45,652 bases of DNA from Picochlorum sp. SENEW3 (Eukaryota). Location of the stretch: contig CP120462.1 of the NCBI GenBank assembly GCA_034226945.1, positions 930,001 through 975,652 of the forward strand. The letters are read 5' to 3'. The notes below the pieces were generated by a model. That model searched no databases, was not told where the DNA came from, and saw nothing but the letters and a program-made list of their open reading frames with translations. Position 1 is the stretch's first letter. The number at the start of each line of letters is the position of its first letter. The position numbers were made by a program, and so were the translations under genes. Shown here piece by piece: positions 10,726 through 22,513 of this stretch.

Positions 10726-12912
10726 ATGGCAAAACCTCCTCAGCAGGTCTGTGGACGGGCTGTCCCCGTACGGGTGGCTGTGCATGCAGCGCATGGCCAT
10801 CTCAAAAACGGTAGCTTTAAATGTGTTCCCTGCACGAGGCATACACCAACACTGAGTGGACCATCGTCTGCCTACAACAGGCAGTGCTTACGAAGGTCCA
10901 GCGACGGCAGGAGCACCATACAGGTACCTTGTGCTTCAGGGGATGCAGGAACAAGTCAGGTGTACTGGCACGATGAAGATTACGATGTGGTCGTCGTCGG
11001 CGCTGGACATGCAGGATGTGAAGCGGCGTTGGCTTCAGCCAGGCTGGGGGCGAAGACGTTGCTGTTGACCATGACTCTGGATAAAATTGCGTGGCAACCA
11101 TGCAATCCCGCTGTCGGAGGTCCCGCAAAAAGTCAGCTTGTACACGAAGTTGATGCGTTGGGCGGGGAGATTGGAAAGGCAACTGATGCATGCTACCTGC
11201 AGAAGCGGGTTCTGAACAGGTCCAAAGGCCCTGCTGTGTGGGCTCTGAGGGCCCAGACAGACAAACTTGAGTATTCATCATACATGCGCAATGTTCTTCA
11301 AAACGCAAAGGGGCTGCATGTAAGGGAGGGCATGGTGGTTGATCTTCAAGTGGACAGTAATGAGTCCATTTGCGGGGTCACAACCCACTTTGGCCTGAGT
11401 TACAGGTGCAAGGCCGCGATTCTAACGACAGGGACGTTCATGAGGGGACAAATATGGGTGGGGAAGTCCAGTCTATCTTCTGGGAGAGCCGGAGAAAGTG
11501 CTTGCACCGAACTGACAGAATCATTGATGAGATTGGGATTTGAAACCGGCAGGCTCAAGACAGGTACTCCTGCGAGGATAGATAAAAGGACTGTAGATTT
11601 TTCTGGAATGGAGGAGCAGCCAGGTGATGAGGATGTTCGGTGGTTCAGCTTTGATTCCCGTGCTCACAAGCTTCGGGATCAAGTGAGCTGTTGGCTTACC
11701 CACACCACCCCAGAGACCCACAGGCTGCTGCGAGAGAATCTACACGAAACCCCAATCTACGGCGGGTGGGTAGATTCCGTGGGACCACGGTATTGTCCAT
11801 CGATTGAGGACAAAATTGTGAGGTTTGCAGATAAGGATAGTCACCAGATCTTCTTGGAGCCAGAGTCTAGGTCGACTCCTGAGTTGTACGTGCAGGGCTT
11901 GTCCACAGGCTTGCCTGAGAGATTACAGCTCTCGTTGCTCAGGACACTCCCCGGATTAGAAAGATGCACCATGATGCGACCGGCATATGCCGTAGACTAT
12001 GACTACTTGCCCGCCCATCAATGCCATTCAACCCTGGAAACAAAGAAGATTTCTGGCCTCTTTTTCTCGGGGCAACTGAATGGCACGACGGGCTACGAAG
12101 AAGCAGCCGCGCAAGGAATCATTGCAGGTATCAATGCGTACAATATCGTTGCAGAAAAGAAACACCTGGTTCTTTCCAGGGAGTCCTCATACATTGGAAC
12201 CCTGATAGATGACTTGGTCACCAAGGACCTTAGAGAGCCATACAGAATGCTCACCAGTAGGTCTGAATATCGCTTACTACTCCGTGGAGATAACGCAGAC
12301 AAGAGGCTGACGCCTATTGGAAGAGCTGTGGGCCTTATCGATGATTCACACTGGTCATGTTATGAGAACAAAATGAACAGTATTGCAAGAGAAATGGAAA
12401 AACTGAGTTGCACTCGAGTCCGTGAAACGAGTCCGATTTCGCAAGAAGTGGAGAAAATTTCCGACCAGAAGATCAGTCAGATGATATCATTGGCGGAAAT
12501 ATTAAAGAGACCTCATATCCATTATGATTTGCTAGATGCATTCGGATATGGGGACAGCAGCCTCACCGAGTCGGAGAAGGAAGCTGTGGAGATTGAACTT
12601 AAATATTCCGGTTTTATTAAGAGACAAGAGAAGCAGTTGGCTTCCGTGGCATCAAAGCATGCAAAGAAAATCCCTGAGGACATTGACTATGATGCTATCG
12701 GGACGCTGAGCAAAGAAGCAAGGGAGAAACTTGAAAAAATGAGGCCCTCCACCATCGGTCAGGCAGCACGCCTCGGTGGAGTGAACCCTGCAGACATTTC
12801 AAATTTGCTAATTCATTTGGAATCTGAGAGGAGAAAGAGGTCCAGAGAAGAAGGAAGGACCCACATCACCAAAAAACAAGCCAGGAAAATGTTGATGCAA
12901 CAGAATGCATAA
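10726..12912 (+). CDS. mnmG: tRNA uridine 5-carboxymethylaminomethyl modification enzyme MnmG/GidA, probably plastid-targeted
   Basis: [40 protein letters not shown] and [16 protein letters not shown]. The N-terminal extension from ATG 10726 is inferred. Confidence 0.96.
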   Translation: MAKPPQQVCGRAVPVRVAVHAAHGHLKNGSFKCVPCTRHTPTLSGPSSAYNRQCLRRSSDGRSTIQVPCASGDAGTSQVYWHDEDYDVVVVGAGHAGCEAALASARLGAKTLLLTMTLDKIAWQPCNPAVGGPAKSQLVHEVDALGGEIGKATDACYLQKRVLNRSKGPAVWALRAQTDKLEYSSYMRNVLQNAKGLHVREGMVVDLQVDSNESICGVTTHFGLSYRCKAAILTTGTFMRGQIWVGKSSLSSGRAGESACTELTESLMRLGFETGRLKTGTPARIDKRTVDFSGMEEQPGDEDVRWFSFDSRAHKLRDQVSCWLTHTTPETHRLLRENLHETPIYGGWVDSVGPRYCPSIEDKIVRFADKDSHQIFLEPESRSTPELYVQGLSTGLPERLQLSLLRTLPGLERCTMMRPAYAVDYDYLPAHQCHSTLETKKISGLFFSGQLNGTTGYEEAAAQGIIAGINAYNIVAEKKHLVLSRESSYIGTLIDDLVTKDLREPYRMLTSRSEYRLLLRGDNADKRLTPIGRAVGLIDDSHWSCYENKMNSIAREMEKLSCTRVRETSPISQEVEKISDQKISQMISLAEILKRPHIHYDLLDAFGYGDSSLTESEKEAVEIELKYSGFIKRQEKQLASVASKHAKKIPEDIDYDAIGTLSKEAREKLEKMRPSTIGQAARLGGVNPADISNLLIHLESERRKRSREEGRTHITKKQARKMLMQQNA

Positions 12913-12957
12913 TATATGGATATGCTTGTGAAGTTTTTTTAAAAAGTGCAGATTTCC

Positions 12958-14005
12958 TCATTCTAACTCAGCCTCAAAGTCCTTTTCGTCCACGAAAACC
13001 ACCTTCCAGCCGTCCGGGTCGGTACAGGCAACAATTTTTGTCCCAATGCCAGGCACTGGCCCTGGTTCCCTTGTCACCGTTCCTCCGCAAGCCTTGATCT
13101 GTTCAGCCGTCTTGTAGACATCCTTGGTCGAGATGGCAACCTGCGCATATGCATCTCCCTTTGTGTAATTGCTGGAATCCTTTCCATAGTTGTATGTCAA
13201 CTCAAACACTGTGTTATTTTCCTCATCCCCATACCCCAGGAAGGCCAGAGTATATTTGTACTCTGGATTGTCTCTCGTTCTAATCAACTTCATGCCCAGC
13301 ACATCTGTATAGAACTTGATAGATCTGTCCAGGTCACCCACCCTGAGCATGACCTGAGCAATGGGTTCAGTTATTTCTCCTTGCCTCTGAATCAATTCCC
13401 AACTGAATCCTGTGGGGTCTTTAACAAAGGCAATATTTGTTTTTCCACCCTTCACAGGACCAGGCTCTCGGGAAACAACGCCACCTTTGGCCTTCACACC
13501 ATCGGCTGTCTTGAACACATCATTGACCGCGAGTCCAAAGTGTCCGAATCCCGAACCAATATCATACTCCTCCTTCCCATAGTTGTACGTGAGCCTACAA
13601 TAGGGGAACCAGAATCAATAGAACATGTTCGAATGTGCTGCACTTTTTCTATGCAATAGAAACGTACTCCAGAGCAAAATTGGTGAGCTCAGATCCATAT
13701 CCGAGGAATGCGTTCGTATACTTGTCCTCTTTGATGTCCCTGTACCGCAACAGCTTCATTCCAAAACAGTCTTGCATGTACTTGATGTATGTGTCCATAT
13801 CTCCGACCCGATACACCGCGTGGAGCATCCTCCTCTTGTCCTGAGAAACCCAATCCTCCGCTCCACTCATTGCTTTCACTTGGAAATTTGATACTCGTCG
13901 TTTATTTAAGCAAGTAGAACCCACAAGCCCGACTTTACGACTGGATGGTACCTTGGCCACGATCCGTTTCACAGTGCTTACTGCTTGCCTGGAGATTACT
14001 CTCAT
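12958..14005 (-). CDS. GLX1: Lactoylglutathione lyase (two-domain glyoxalase I) with transit peptide. Exons 14005-13668 and 13594-12958.
   Basis: RRMLHAVYRVGD, FALE-LTYNYG across intron 13667-13595, and a second domain QVMLRVGDLDRSIKFY...DPDGWK. Confidence 0.95.
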
Positions 14006-14220
14006 CGAATTGCCTTGTCTTTGGTGATCACTCGGGGTCTCACGCGAATGAAACGAATTATTGCTGATTAATGGATGGCCAGGGTCGTGCCCATCCCTGA
14101 TCGAATTCTGTGGATGCCGGATCCGCTCCATCCTTAAAAAAAGATGGAATGGAACCCAAGGAGATTCAAGCAAAGAACGTGGGCTCTTCTGCCGACACTC
14201 TAATCGTTACTTTCGAGAAG

Positions 14221-14739
14221 ATGAGGATGATTGCCAGTACATTGTCGAGTGCACCCAAGGTATCGAGTGGACTTGCTGCGAGGAAGGCAAGTTGCCTTGC
14301 TCTAACAAACTCTGCGTCCAGGCGAATGGGCTCTCGCATCGCTTCTTCTGTGGGTGAAATTCTCACCTGTTCTGAATCGATTATGGAGGCGTGCAAAGGC
14401 TTGCACCCATCGCAGCCAGTTGGCGACCTGGCAGAACTCGACTCGGCAACAGCTGCGACGTTGGCGCTTGTATTGAAACCCACGTTATCAGTCTACTCTT
14501 TGCTGATGATTGTCCGAATCGTGATGACATGGTATCCAGAGATTGATGGGAAATCCTTCCCATGGTCAATAGCGTATAATAGCACGGAGGGACTTCTGGC
14601 AGGAACCAGGAAGGTGGTCAAGCCTTTCAATGGGCTGGACGTGTCACCCATCGTGTGGGTCGCTGTCCTGAGTTTTGTGAATGAGATCTTGACAGGACCC
14701 CAAGGAATATTGAATTTAATTGCGAGGAAAGGATTGTAA
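14221..14739 (+). CDS. CCB3: YGGT-family protein, CCB3-like (cytochrome b6f heme ci assembly)
   Basis: LDSATA...RIVMTWYP...FPWSIAY...TRKVVKPFNGLDVSPIVW...EILTGPQGIL. Start uncertain. Confidence 0.8.
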   Translation: MRMIASTLSSAPKVSSGLAARKASCLALTNSASRRMGSRIASSVGEILTCSESIMEACKGLHPSQPVGDLAELDSATAATLALVLKPTLSVYSLLMIVRIVMTWYPEIDGKSFPWSIAYNSTEGLLAGTRKVVKPFNGLDVSPIVWVAVLSFVNEILTGPQGILNLIARKGL

Positions 14740-15789
14740 AGCATGAAATGGTATTCCCCTCCCTTTGCCCCTGGTGAGGTGGCACAAGTACTCTATGTTG
14801 CCCGAAGCCGCCCCTCTGATTGGCGATTGTATCAAATTCTGAAAGGCAAATCCCGCATCCTGCCAGCCATGGATGACAGATGCGACTATCTCCCTGCGCA
14901 CATCGGGGTCCCTCACAACCCCGCCAGCCCCCACCTGGCCCTTGCCTGCTTCAAACTGAGGCTTTATGAGCAGTATCAAGTCCCCTTCCTGCTCCATAAT
15001 GTCGCATATTGCTTCCCGCATCTTCAAGGTCGAAATGAAGGACACGTCTAGGCTCACAAAATCAATGTTCGTGTTGCTATACTCTGAAAACTGCTCAAAA
15101 TCTACCCTTCTCAAATGCCTCAAATTGGTCCTCTCCATCACAGTCACACGCTCGTCCACCCGAATCTTCTCTGCTACCTGACCGTAGCCAACGTCCACTC
15201 CAAAGACATGATCAGCCCCGTGCTGCAAGATGCAGTCAGTGAAACCACCAGTCGAGAGCCCAGCATCCAATGCAACTCTCCCACGCAACACATCCTGTCG
15301 CCCAGCGATTTCAACATCTCTATCTGCAAAAAACTCTTCCAAAGCCCGCTCCATTTTCAAGCCCGCTCGGCAGACATACTTTGGGACTTGAGCAGTCACC
15401 CTCACCTCTGCTCTGGTGGGATCTACTTGGGCTCCAGATTTGACCACCGGCTTATCGTTCACCAAGACTTTTCCTTGCGCTATGAATGATTGGATCACAT
15501 TTCTACTGAATTCGGGGTACAGCTCTCGGCACACGTCGTCTAATCGCCGCTTCCTGCGCACAGAACCCGAGCCAGGAAGGTTGGCACTCGCACCAGAGCC
15601 AGTTTTGCTCCCCGTGCACCGCGCTATACATCTGTGATGAGGTACTTGTCCATTACATGTACCATTTGCTGCTTCAAATCCTATGCTCGTGCTTGTCGGT
15701 GCACGCAGGCGCCCAGAAGTTGCCACACCAGTGACCCTGAGCTGGCATGACAGCAGCACTGGCAAGGGCAATAATCTGGCCATTCTCAT
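14716..15789 (-). CDS. TlyA/YqxC-like rRNA 2'-O-methyltransferase (S4 plus FtsJ domains), organelle-targeted
   Basis: KRRLDDVC...IAQGKVLVND (S4), YVCRAGLKM, LDAGLSTGGFTDC, LDVSFIS, LIKPQFEAG and GNIEYL. Confidence 0.92.
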   Translation of the reverse strand: MRMARLLPLPVLLSCQLRVTGVATSGRLRAPTSTSIGFEAANGTCNGQVPHHRCIARCTGSKTGSGASANLPGSGSVRRKRRLDDVCRELYPEFSRNVIQSFIAQGKVLVNDKPVVKSGAQVDPTRAEVRVTAQVPKYVCRAGLKMERALEEFFADRDVEIAGRQDVLRGRVALDAGLSTGGFTDCILQHGADHVFGVDVGYGQVAEKIRVDERVTVMERTNLRHLRRVDFEQFSEYSNTNIDFVSLDVSFISTLKMREAICDIMEQEGDLILLIKPQFEAGKGQVGAGGVVRDPDVRREIVASVIHGWQDAGFAFQNLIQSPIRGAASGNIEYLCHLTRGKGRGIPFHALQSFPRN

Positions 15790-16147
15790 CCCAACTACCA
15801 CAATATCGATATTATTTCATACTTAATCTGAAATGCGTAGGAGCATAGCCCCTACGCTTCTCTTCTGGCAGGCATGGGTTCCGAGGGACTCCCTCATGAG
15901 GGAGTCTCCCTGGGGCTGATCTCACTGATTTGTAACCAAGGTTACAAAATAAATGCATACAGTATACTAGTGTAAATTTATATTCGTAATTCCGGTTTTG
16001 GGTAGCAACTATATGGCCAGTGCACGCCATACGAGTGCTTGCGAGATCCTGGGAACGTTGCGACCATTGTCTAGGTGCCTGCCCGCGACAGGGTAGCTTT
16101 AGGATCATTTTATTAGTATATTAATCATAGATACTTGGTAATTTAGG

Positions 16148-19100
16148 ATGGAAGAAAGCTCTGAGAATATCAGGTACGTCGGTTCGATATTGTCGAGGTG
16201 GTTGGCGGTTGGTTGGTTCGTTCGAACCTGTGCATGGCGTCATGGAAAGAGGGCACGATAGACTGAGCGATCAACCATCATCGTGCAGGGTGTATGTGAG
16301 GCTGCGTCCTCTCCAGGGAGGGGAAGAGAGGTCATGGAAGGTGGAGGGAGGCAACACAGTGGCCCCCTTGCAGAGATGCCAGGGCGAAGGATATTCCCTG
16401 GACTCTGTGTTTGATGAACAGTCTAAAACGAAAGATGTGTACGACATGACGACAAAAAAATTGATAGAGCAAGTCGTAGAAGGATTCAACTCGACTGTCT
16501 TTGCGTATGGGCAGACATCCAGTGGCAAGACGCACACGATGAAAGGAAATGAAGAGGAGCCGGGGATAATTCCATTGTCTGTCAGGGATCTTTTTCGAAT
16601 GATGCAGCAGCTATCCAATGAGCGCGATTTCTTGGTCCGAGTCTCCTACATGGAGATTTACAACGAGGAAATACGGGATCTCCTTGCAGCTGGTGATGTG
16701 TGTGGATCACAGGTTGCGATTAAGCAGAGTGCAGAGCAAGGTATATTTGTGGATGGTCTACAAGAAATTATTGTATCATCGGTCGACCATGTGCTGCAGC
16801 TTGTCGAGCAAGCAGAGCAGGAGCGACATGTGGGAGAGACAAAAATGAACAAGAGGAGCTCCAGATCCCATGCCATCTTCAGGATGGTGATAGAATCCAG
16901 GGCACATGCTGGCGGGAATACGCCGGTAAAAGTTGCAACCCTTAATTTAGTCGACTTGGCTGGGAGCGAGAGGATTTCAAAGACCGGGGCTGAAGGCCAA
17001 AGGAAAAAGGAGGGAGCTGCCATCAACAAGTCTCTTCTGAGCCTAGGGACAGTGATCAGCAAATTGAGCGAAGGAGCCTCGCATATTCCATATCGTGATT
17101 CGAAATTGACCAGAATTCTTCAACCTTCCCTGGGAGGCAACGCGAAGACTGCAATCATTTGTGCAATCACTCCTGCTGTGGAGCATTGTGAGGAGTCCCA
17201 CAGTACTCTTCGATTTGCCTGTAGGGCAAAAACTGTTGTCAATAGAGCCACCATGAACGAAGTTCTGACAGATGCTGCTCTTTTAAAGAAGCAGGCCAAG
17301 GAAATCGAGGAACTGAGAAAACAACTTGGGACTGGATCAGGTGTCGACCCAGATGCGATCAAGAGGAAAGTTGCAACTATTACGGGCATTTTGCTCACAA
17401 AGAAGAGAGAAGCAGGTAAGCTGGGCGGTAAAGTTGTGCGAGAGCCTGGACGTCGTAAAACATGGTGTCCAGAGTCGTTTGAGCTGGAAAAGCCCGGGAA
17501 GGTGCGCCGAATATCAGACGGGCATCTGATGTTTCAGGATCACCTTGAACGCCTGTGCATTCCATCTGAGCCTCTTGCTTCAGAATGCGCGGGCAAAGAC
17601 TCTCTGAACAAACAGATTGAGCAATTACAGAGCGCAAACCAATTAATGCAGAGAGAGCTAGATGCCATGAGCGCTTTGGCTCAAAAGAAAAAGAAGGAGT
17701 TGCGAGCAAAGGAGGATGAGGTGAAAAAGTTGATGCAAGATAAGGGCAGTGTGTTGCCGGCCCTGAAGGAGGCGGAATGGAAGAATAGACAATTAGAAAA
17801 GACTGTTGATCGTTGCAAGATAGATCTCGAGGATGCTCTGGACAGACTGTCGAAGCAAGAGTCTAAGTATCTACAGATGCTTGCAGACAAGGATGCAAAA
17901 CTCGCAGAGGTTGAAGAGCAATCCAAGAAAGTACTGGAGGACATCGCGAATATAGAAACTAAAACCACGCATACCTCCAATTCCGAGGCCGAGCTCATCG
18001 AGGCCAAAGCGGAAATTGAAGCTCTTTGCCACAAGAATGAGAGGTTGCAAGCATCGCAGGAGACTGCAATGCAACAGCTTGCTGAGAGGACAAGGGAGGT
18101 TGAACGTCTGGAAGCCGAATTGAAAAATACCTTTCAAAGCGATGAAAAGTCTAGAGTTCGGTATCGCGATATGGAAGATGAAATCCATAGGTTGAACTCA
18201 CATATTGCTGACCTGGAGAAGAGAAAGCGGGCCCCTCTCTACCAGAAGAAACAGGAGGAGGAGCTCAAGGCAGCATTGGGAAAGGCATCCGAGGCGCAGC
18301 AAAAGGCTTCTCGCGCAGAAGAAGAAGCAAACATTGCAAAAATCGATCTCACCCATGCCCAAGCCAACATTGAAAAGATGAAGAAGGATCATGAAGAAGA
18401 AATGCTCAATGTGCAGGACGAGATGTTTGCACTGTCGAAAAAGTTAGAAAGGGCGATGGAACAAGCATCCAGCAGACAAGATGTTGGCCTCCAAAAAGAT
18501 CTCGATGCTGCTAAGGAAAGAGCGGATCGGCTGGAGAGGAGTGTGAAAGAAAAGGAGGATCTATTCTCATGCCTGCAATCGGAAAGAGACAATCTTCAAT
18601 GCAAATACGACAATGCCATCTCACAAATGGAGGAGATTCAGGCGTGTGCAGATGCTGCATCGTCTCATGTTAGATTTTTAGAGGAGAGATTAGAGAAAGA
18701 GGCTGAAGAAGCCGAAGTAAGCATGCAGCAACTCTGTACAAATCATGCAGAGCAGATCCAGGCCTTGGAGAAGAATGTCAGGGAGCAAGAGGACCTGTAC
18801 GAGAAATCCAAAATTGAAATCGAAGCACTCATTTCCGAGAACAGAGAACTGAAAGAAACCACGGAATCCCTTGAAAGGAGGATTGGCCTGGCTTCGTCCT
18901 CCTTGAATGCAGCTGACGAGCTGAGAGAGTTGAAAAGGAAGCACAAGGAGGAAGTGGCAAAGTTGAATGCGCAGCTCAAATCCGCAAAAATAGGAAGTAA
19001 AGGCAACGAGAAGGCAATGGAACGCGCCGCAAAAGATTCGACAAGGCTCAAAACCCAGATCAAAGAAGTGGAGACCAAATTGAGAAAGGCTATTGCAGAC

Positions 19101-21125
19101 AAGAGCTCGCTTCAGTCCGAAAAGGCAACTCTGGAGAGGGAACACCGAACTGTCAAAGCACAACTTGAAAGGCTCTCGAAAAATGCCGAGAAAGCTGCCG
19201 CGCTCGAGGAGCGCAAGAGAATGCCGCTGGTCAAGGAACTCGAGGAAACAAAGCAGAGACTTGTAGCTCTGGAAGTGGAATTCAATGCATCCCAGGTAGC
19301 AATAGAAGAATCAAAGGCGCAGTACAGCGAGCTGCAAAAGCTTTTGGAGAATGAACGCGAGAAGCACGATGATACCCTGGCCGCCATGGAAGGGTACAGG
19401 CAAGATTTGGAGACTTCAAATGAACGAGGTGATGATTTGGCAAAGACTCTGGAGCAGAGGCAAGTTGCTCTTGAGGAAGCAACCCTGCAAATATCCAGCC
19501 TCGAAAACTCTCTTATTGATGCCAACAAGGAAATAGCCCGTTTCAACGAGGAAATCAGCAGGCAGCAGTCCGCACTCAGAGTTGAAGCTGAAAAACAGAA
19601 TGAACTCCAGAGACTTGTTGAAACTCTGCAAGCCGATAAAAAAACCTTGGAGAATGCGTTGACAGAGGCAGAGGCCAATGTAGAAATGATGGACTCTCTT
19701 CGACTAGACCTGCAGGCGGAAAAAGCACATGTGGTCACAATCCAACAAAATTTTGAGCTGCTGGAGAAGGGACTTGAGGTATGTTGTTTCGCTTGAGTAA
19801 TGAAGTACAATGAGATCACTGTCCCGTCAGAAACATCTCGTTGATTTCTTTTCATGCAGGACCATAAAAAAGAGTTGAAATTATCGGAAGAAGCACGCAA
19901 GAAGGCCGAGGCAGCCGCTGGGGCTTCCAAGACCACCCTAGCGGAAAAGGAGGAGTACATCTCGAGTCTGGAGGCACAAGTCAATGAGGCCATGGCAAAG
20001 GCCATGGAAATGGAAGCAACTCTGGACGCTTCAAAGTCTGAGGTCAAAAAATTGAGCAGTCTTTTGTCACAGGCTGAGCATGCAATCGAAGAGCATGACA
20101 ATACCATCACTGAGATCCATCAGGAGAAGGTTGCGATGGAGAAATCATTGATAGCCACTAGAGAGCATGCTAAAGAATTGGAGGATCAAATTGAGCGGCA
20201 TGAGGGCCAAATTCAAGATCTTGAGCATAGATTGCAGCAGGAGGGTGAATCCCTGAGAAATTCAGAAGTCTCCATGGAGAAGTTGATGGCTGCATTCCAG
20301 GAGGAGAAAGACAGTCTTACGAATAGAGTTCGCTCTCTAGAGGAAGAAAATGGTCTTCTTGAAAAGAGGTTGGTGACTGAGATTGAGCAAGTTCGAAAGT
20401 CGAAAGAAGAACAGCAACAAAGATTCGAACACGATATAGCAGCGTCCAAGGAGACAGCCAATGGCAATCTAGAACTGGCGCAGCAGAGGCATCAGGAGGA
20501 GCTGCAGGAATTGCAGACCAAGCTGATTTCATGGCAGGAAAGACTGACCTCCGAGCAAGCCAAGCACCAAGGAGCAATTGACAGACTCCAAGCCAGTCTG
20601 GAAAGTGGTGAGCGTGCCAGGCACAAGTTGATTGAGGAGAGGGACATGGCACTCCAGGAGAGAAGCAACATTCTCTCGGAGCTTCAGGATGTGGTACAAC
20701 AAAAAGAAAGGGCAATAGCCCAGAGTGCGGATCAAATAGCCTCACTAGAGCGCCAGGTCAAGGGACTGCAGTCCCTCAAGCTCAAGAGCGAGACCCATGG
20801 CATCAAAGAGGATTCCAGGACAAAGCGCATTGATTCGCTCGAGCAAAAGTGCTTGATGCTGGAAGGCGAGCTACGCAAAAGCAAAAGACGCGAGGAGAAA
20901 CTCCAAGCATTGCAGTATAGATTACAACAAGATTTCAAACAGTCTTCAGGGTCGCTCGAAATGCTTGCAAACCTCCGAGACGTCAGGTCCTTGGAGTACG
21001 AGCTCGATCGAACAGCCAACCGAGCAGAAAAAGAGATTTCAGCCCTGAAGAAAGCCCTGAAGAAAGCCACAGAATCATCCAACGCCAGGAGCGCCCTTAT
21101 GGGAAAGGAGAATCAGGATCCATAG
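16148..21125 (+). CDS. Kinesin-7 / CENP-E-like motor with a long coiled-coil tail, about 1593 aa. Exons 16148-16173, 16289-19778, 19860-21125.
   Basis: ENIRVYVRLRP formed across intron 1. FAYGQTSSGKT, SSRSH, LVDLAGSE, HIPYRDSKLTRILQPSLGGNAKTAIIC and LLKKQAKEIEELR. Intron 2 (19779-19859) joins the two long ORFs in frame. Confidence 0.92.
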
Positions 21126-21691
21126 GAACGTCCGTCTGCTCTCTTCTGCCCATGAATTGTAACCTGAATCCTGCGAGATCCGCCGTAATTCCGGTGTTCA
21201 TTCAAGTAAATACCTTGCCATGTACCCAATGCCAACCTCCCGTGGTGGATTGGAATCGTCAGAGAGTTGCCCATCAGGGAACTTTTGATATGCGCAGGCA
21301 TGTCGTCAAAGCCCTCATCGTCGTGCCTGTATTGCACCTTGTCTCCCTCGGGAGCCAGCGTATCTAAAGCATCAGCCAAATCCAATAGCACATCAGGTGA
21401 GGCATTCTCGTTCAAGGTGAGAGACGCCGAGGTGTGCTGGATGAAAATGTTCGCCAAACCAACCTCGAACTCTGAAATCTCAGGAACCGCCTCTGCCACT
21501 TTCCGGGTAATCAAATGACATCCTCTCGATACGGCAGGGATCGAGATATTCTTCGATACCCATTCAGTCGCACCGGTCATCGCTGAAGAACTCGCGGCAC
21601 GCACTCTGAAAGATGCCTTTACAGTCGATCGACTTCGCGAAGTTCGCCCGTACAAGAACTTGGAATGTCTCGCCGCAACACGATCCAGCAT
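21113..21691 (-). CDS. yjbQ: YjbQ / UPF0047 family protein (secondary thiamine-phosphate synthase-like)
   Basis: RGCHLIT, QHTSASLTLNENASPDV, HDDEGFDDMPAHIKSSL and LGTWQGIYLNEHR. Confidence 0.93.
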   Translation of the reverse strand: MLDRVAARHSKFLYGRTSRSRSTVKASFRVRAASSSAMTGATEWVSKNISIPAVSRGCHLITRKVAEAVPEISEFEVGLANIFIQHTSASLTLNENASPDVLLDLADALDTLAPEGDKVQYRHDDEGFDDMPAHIKSSLMGNSLTIPIHHGRLALGTWQGIYLNEHRNYGGSRRIQVTIHGQKRADGRSYGS

Positions 21692-21786
21692 TATCAATCA
21701 AAAAAGACTTTACAGAATGGTGTGGGTCGCATGTCAACACGATACATCCAATGCAAACTGTTTTGTTTTGTTAAATATGCATCAAT

Positions 21787-22334
21787 TTATGCATCAATCA
21801 AACTATGGAGATCGTTTTCGTGATTTTTTCGAAAGGTCTCCATGGCTTCTTTCAAGTGAATCCCTTCTTCATCTTGAATTTTTGCAATGAGCCTCTCCCC
21901 GACCGACAGGGACTGTTCCTGGCTGGAGACATCCTTGTATGCCTGCTCCTTGGCCTCTGCCCTAGACATTCCATGCTCCTCCATGAGTTGCACTGCTCTA
22001 TACGCGAATTGCTTTGCTACTGGTGGGTAAAATGACCCTAGATCTATTGGCTCCAGCGTCGCAGCAGGATGCCGACGGTAGTATTCTTCTATGAACTCGT
22101 CCTCTTCAAACACAATCTTGGGTGGTCTCTTTCCCTGAGCTTCCAGGTGTTCCGTTGGAGGAGGCGTCCTGCATTGCGAAAACAAATCAACTCGTGAATG
22201 TCTCACCAACACCATGGACTGTCACCCGCAACGTACCGTTCCAGAGCTTCCAACCACGTTGGTCGCTTCATGACCCCAGCCTCAGACAAGCGCTTCACAT
22301 ACTTTGTGATTTCAAGGCTACTGCGCTTTGCCAT
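21787..22334 (-). CDS. Mitochondrial ribosomal protein mS23-like. Exons 22334-22237 and 22168-21787.
   Basis: KRPTWLEALE-R-TPPP...PPKIVFEEDEFIEEYYRRHP...AKQFAYRAVQLMEEHGMS. Intron 22236-22169 (GTACGT...TGCAG). Confidence 0.75.
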
Positions 22335-22513
22335 GTTTTTTTCCTTAATTTCTACGACGCTACTGTACGCATCGGTTCCCATGACCAATCATCTCGCAAG
22401 CAGCGCTGCTGGTAATCAGGGATTGGAAGTCGCAATGAGCGCCATCCGAAAATCCGATTCAATGGACACGGACCACACTGCCATTTCATTATCGATTCAA
22501 ACAATATAAAATA

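Noticed and set aside
19112..20110. 332-aa minus-strand ORF and similar long antisense ORFs (e.g. 3627-4424, 22352-23017)
   Set aside because: Shadow frames of real genes, Ser/Leu-rich with no domain signature.
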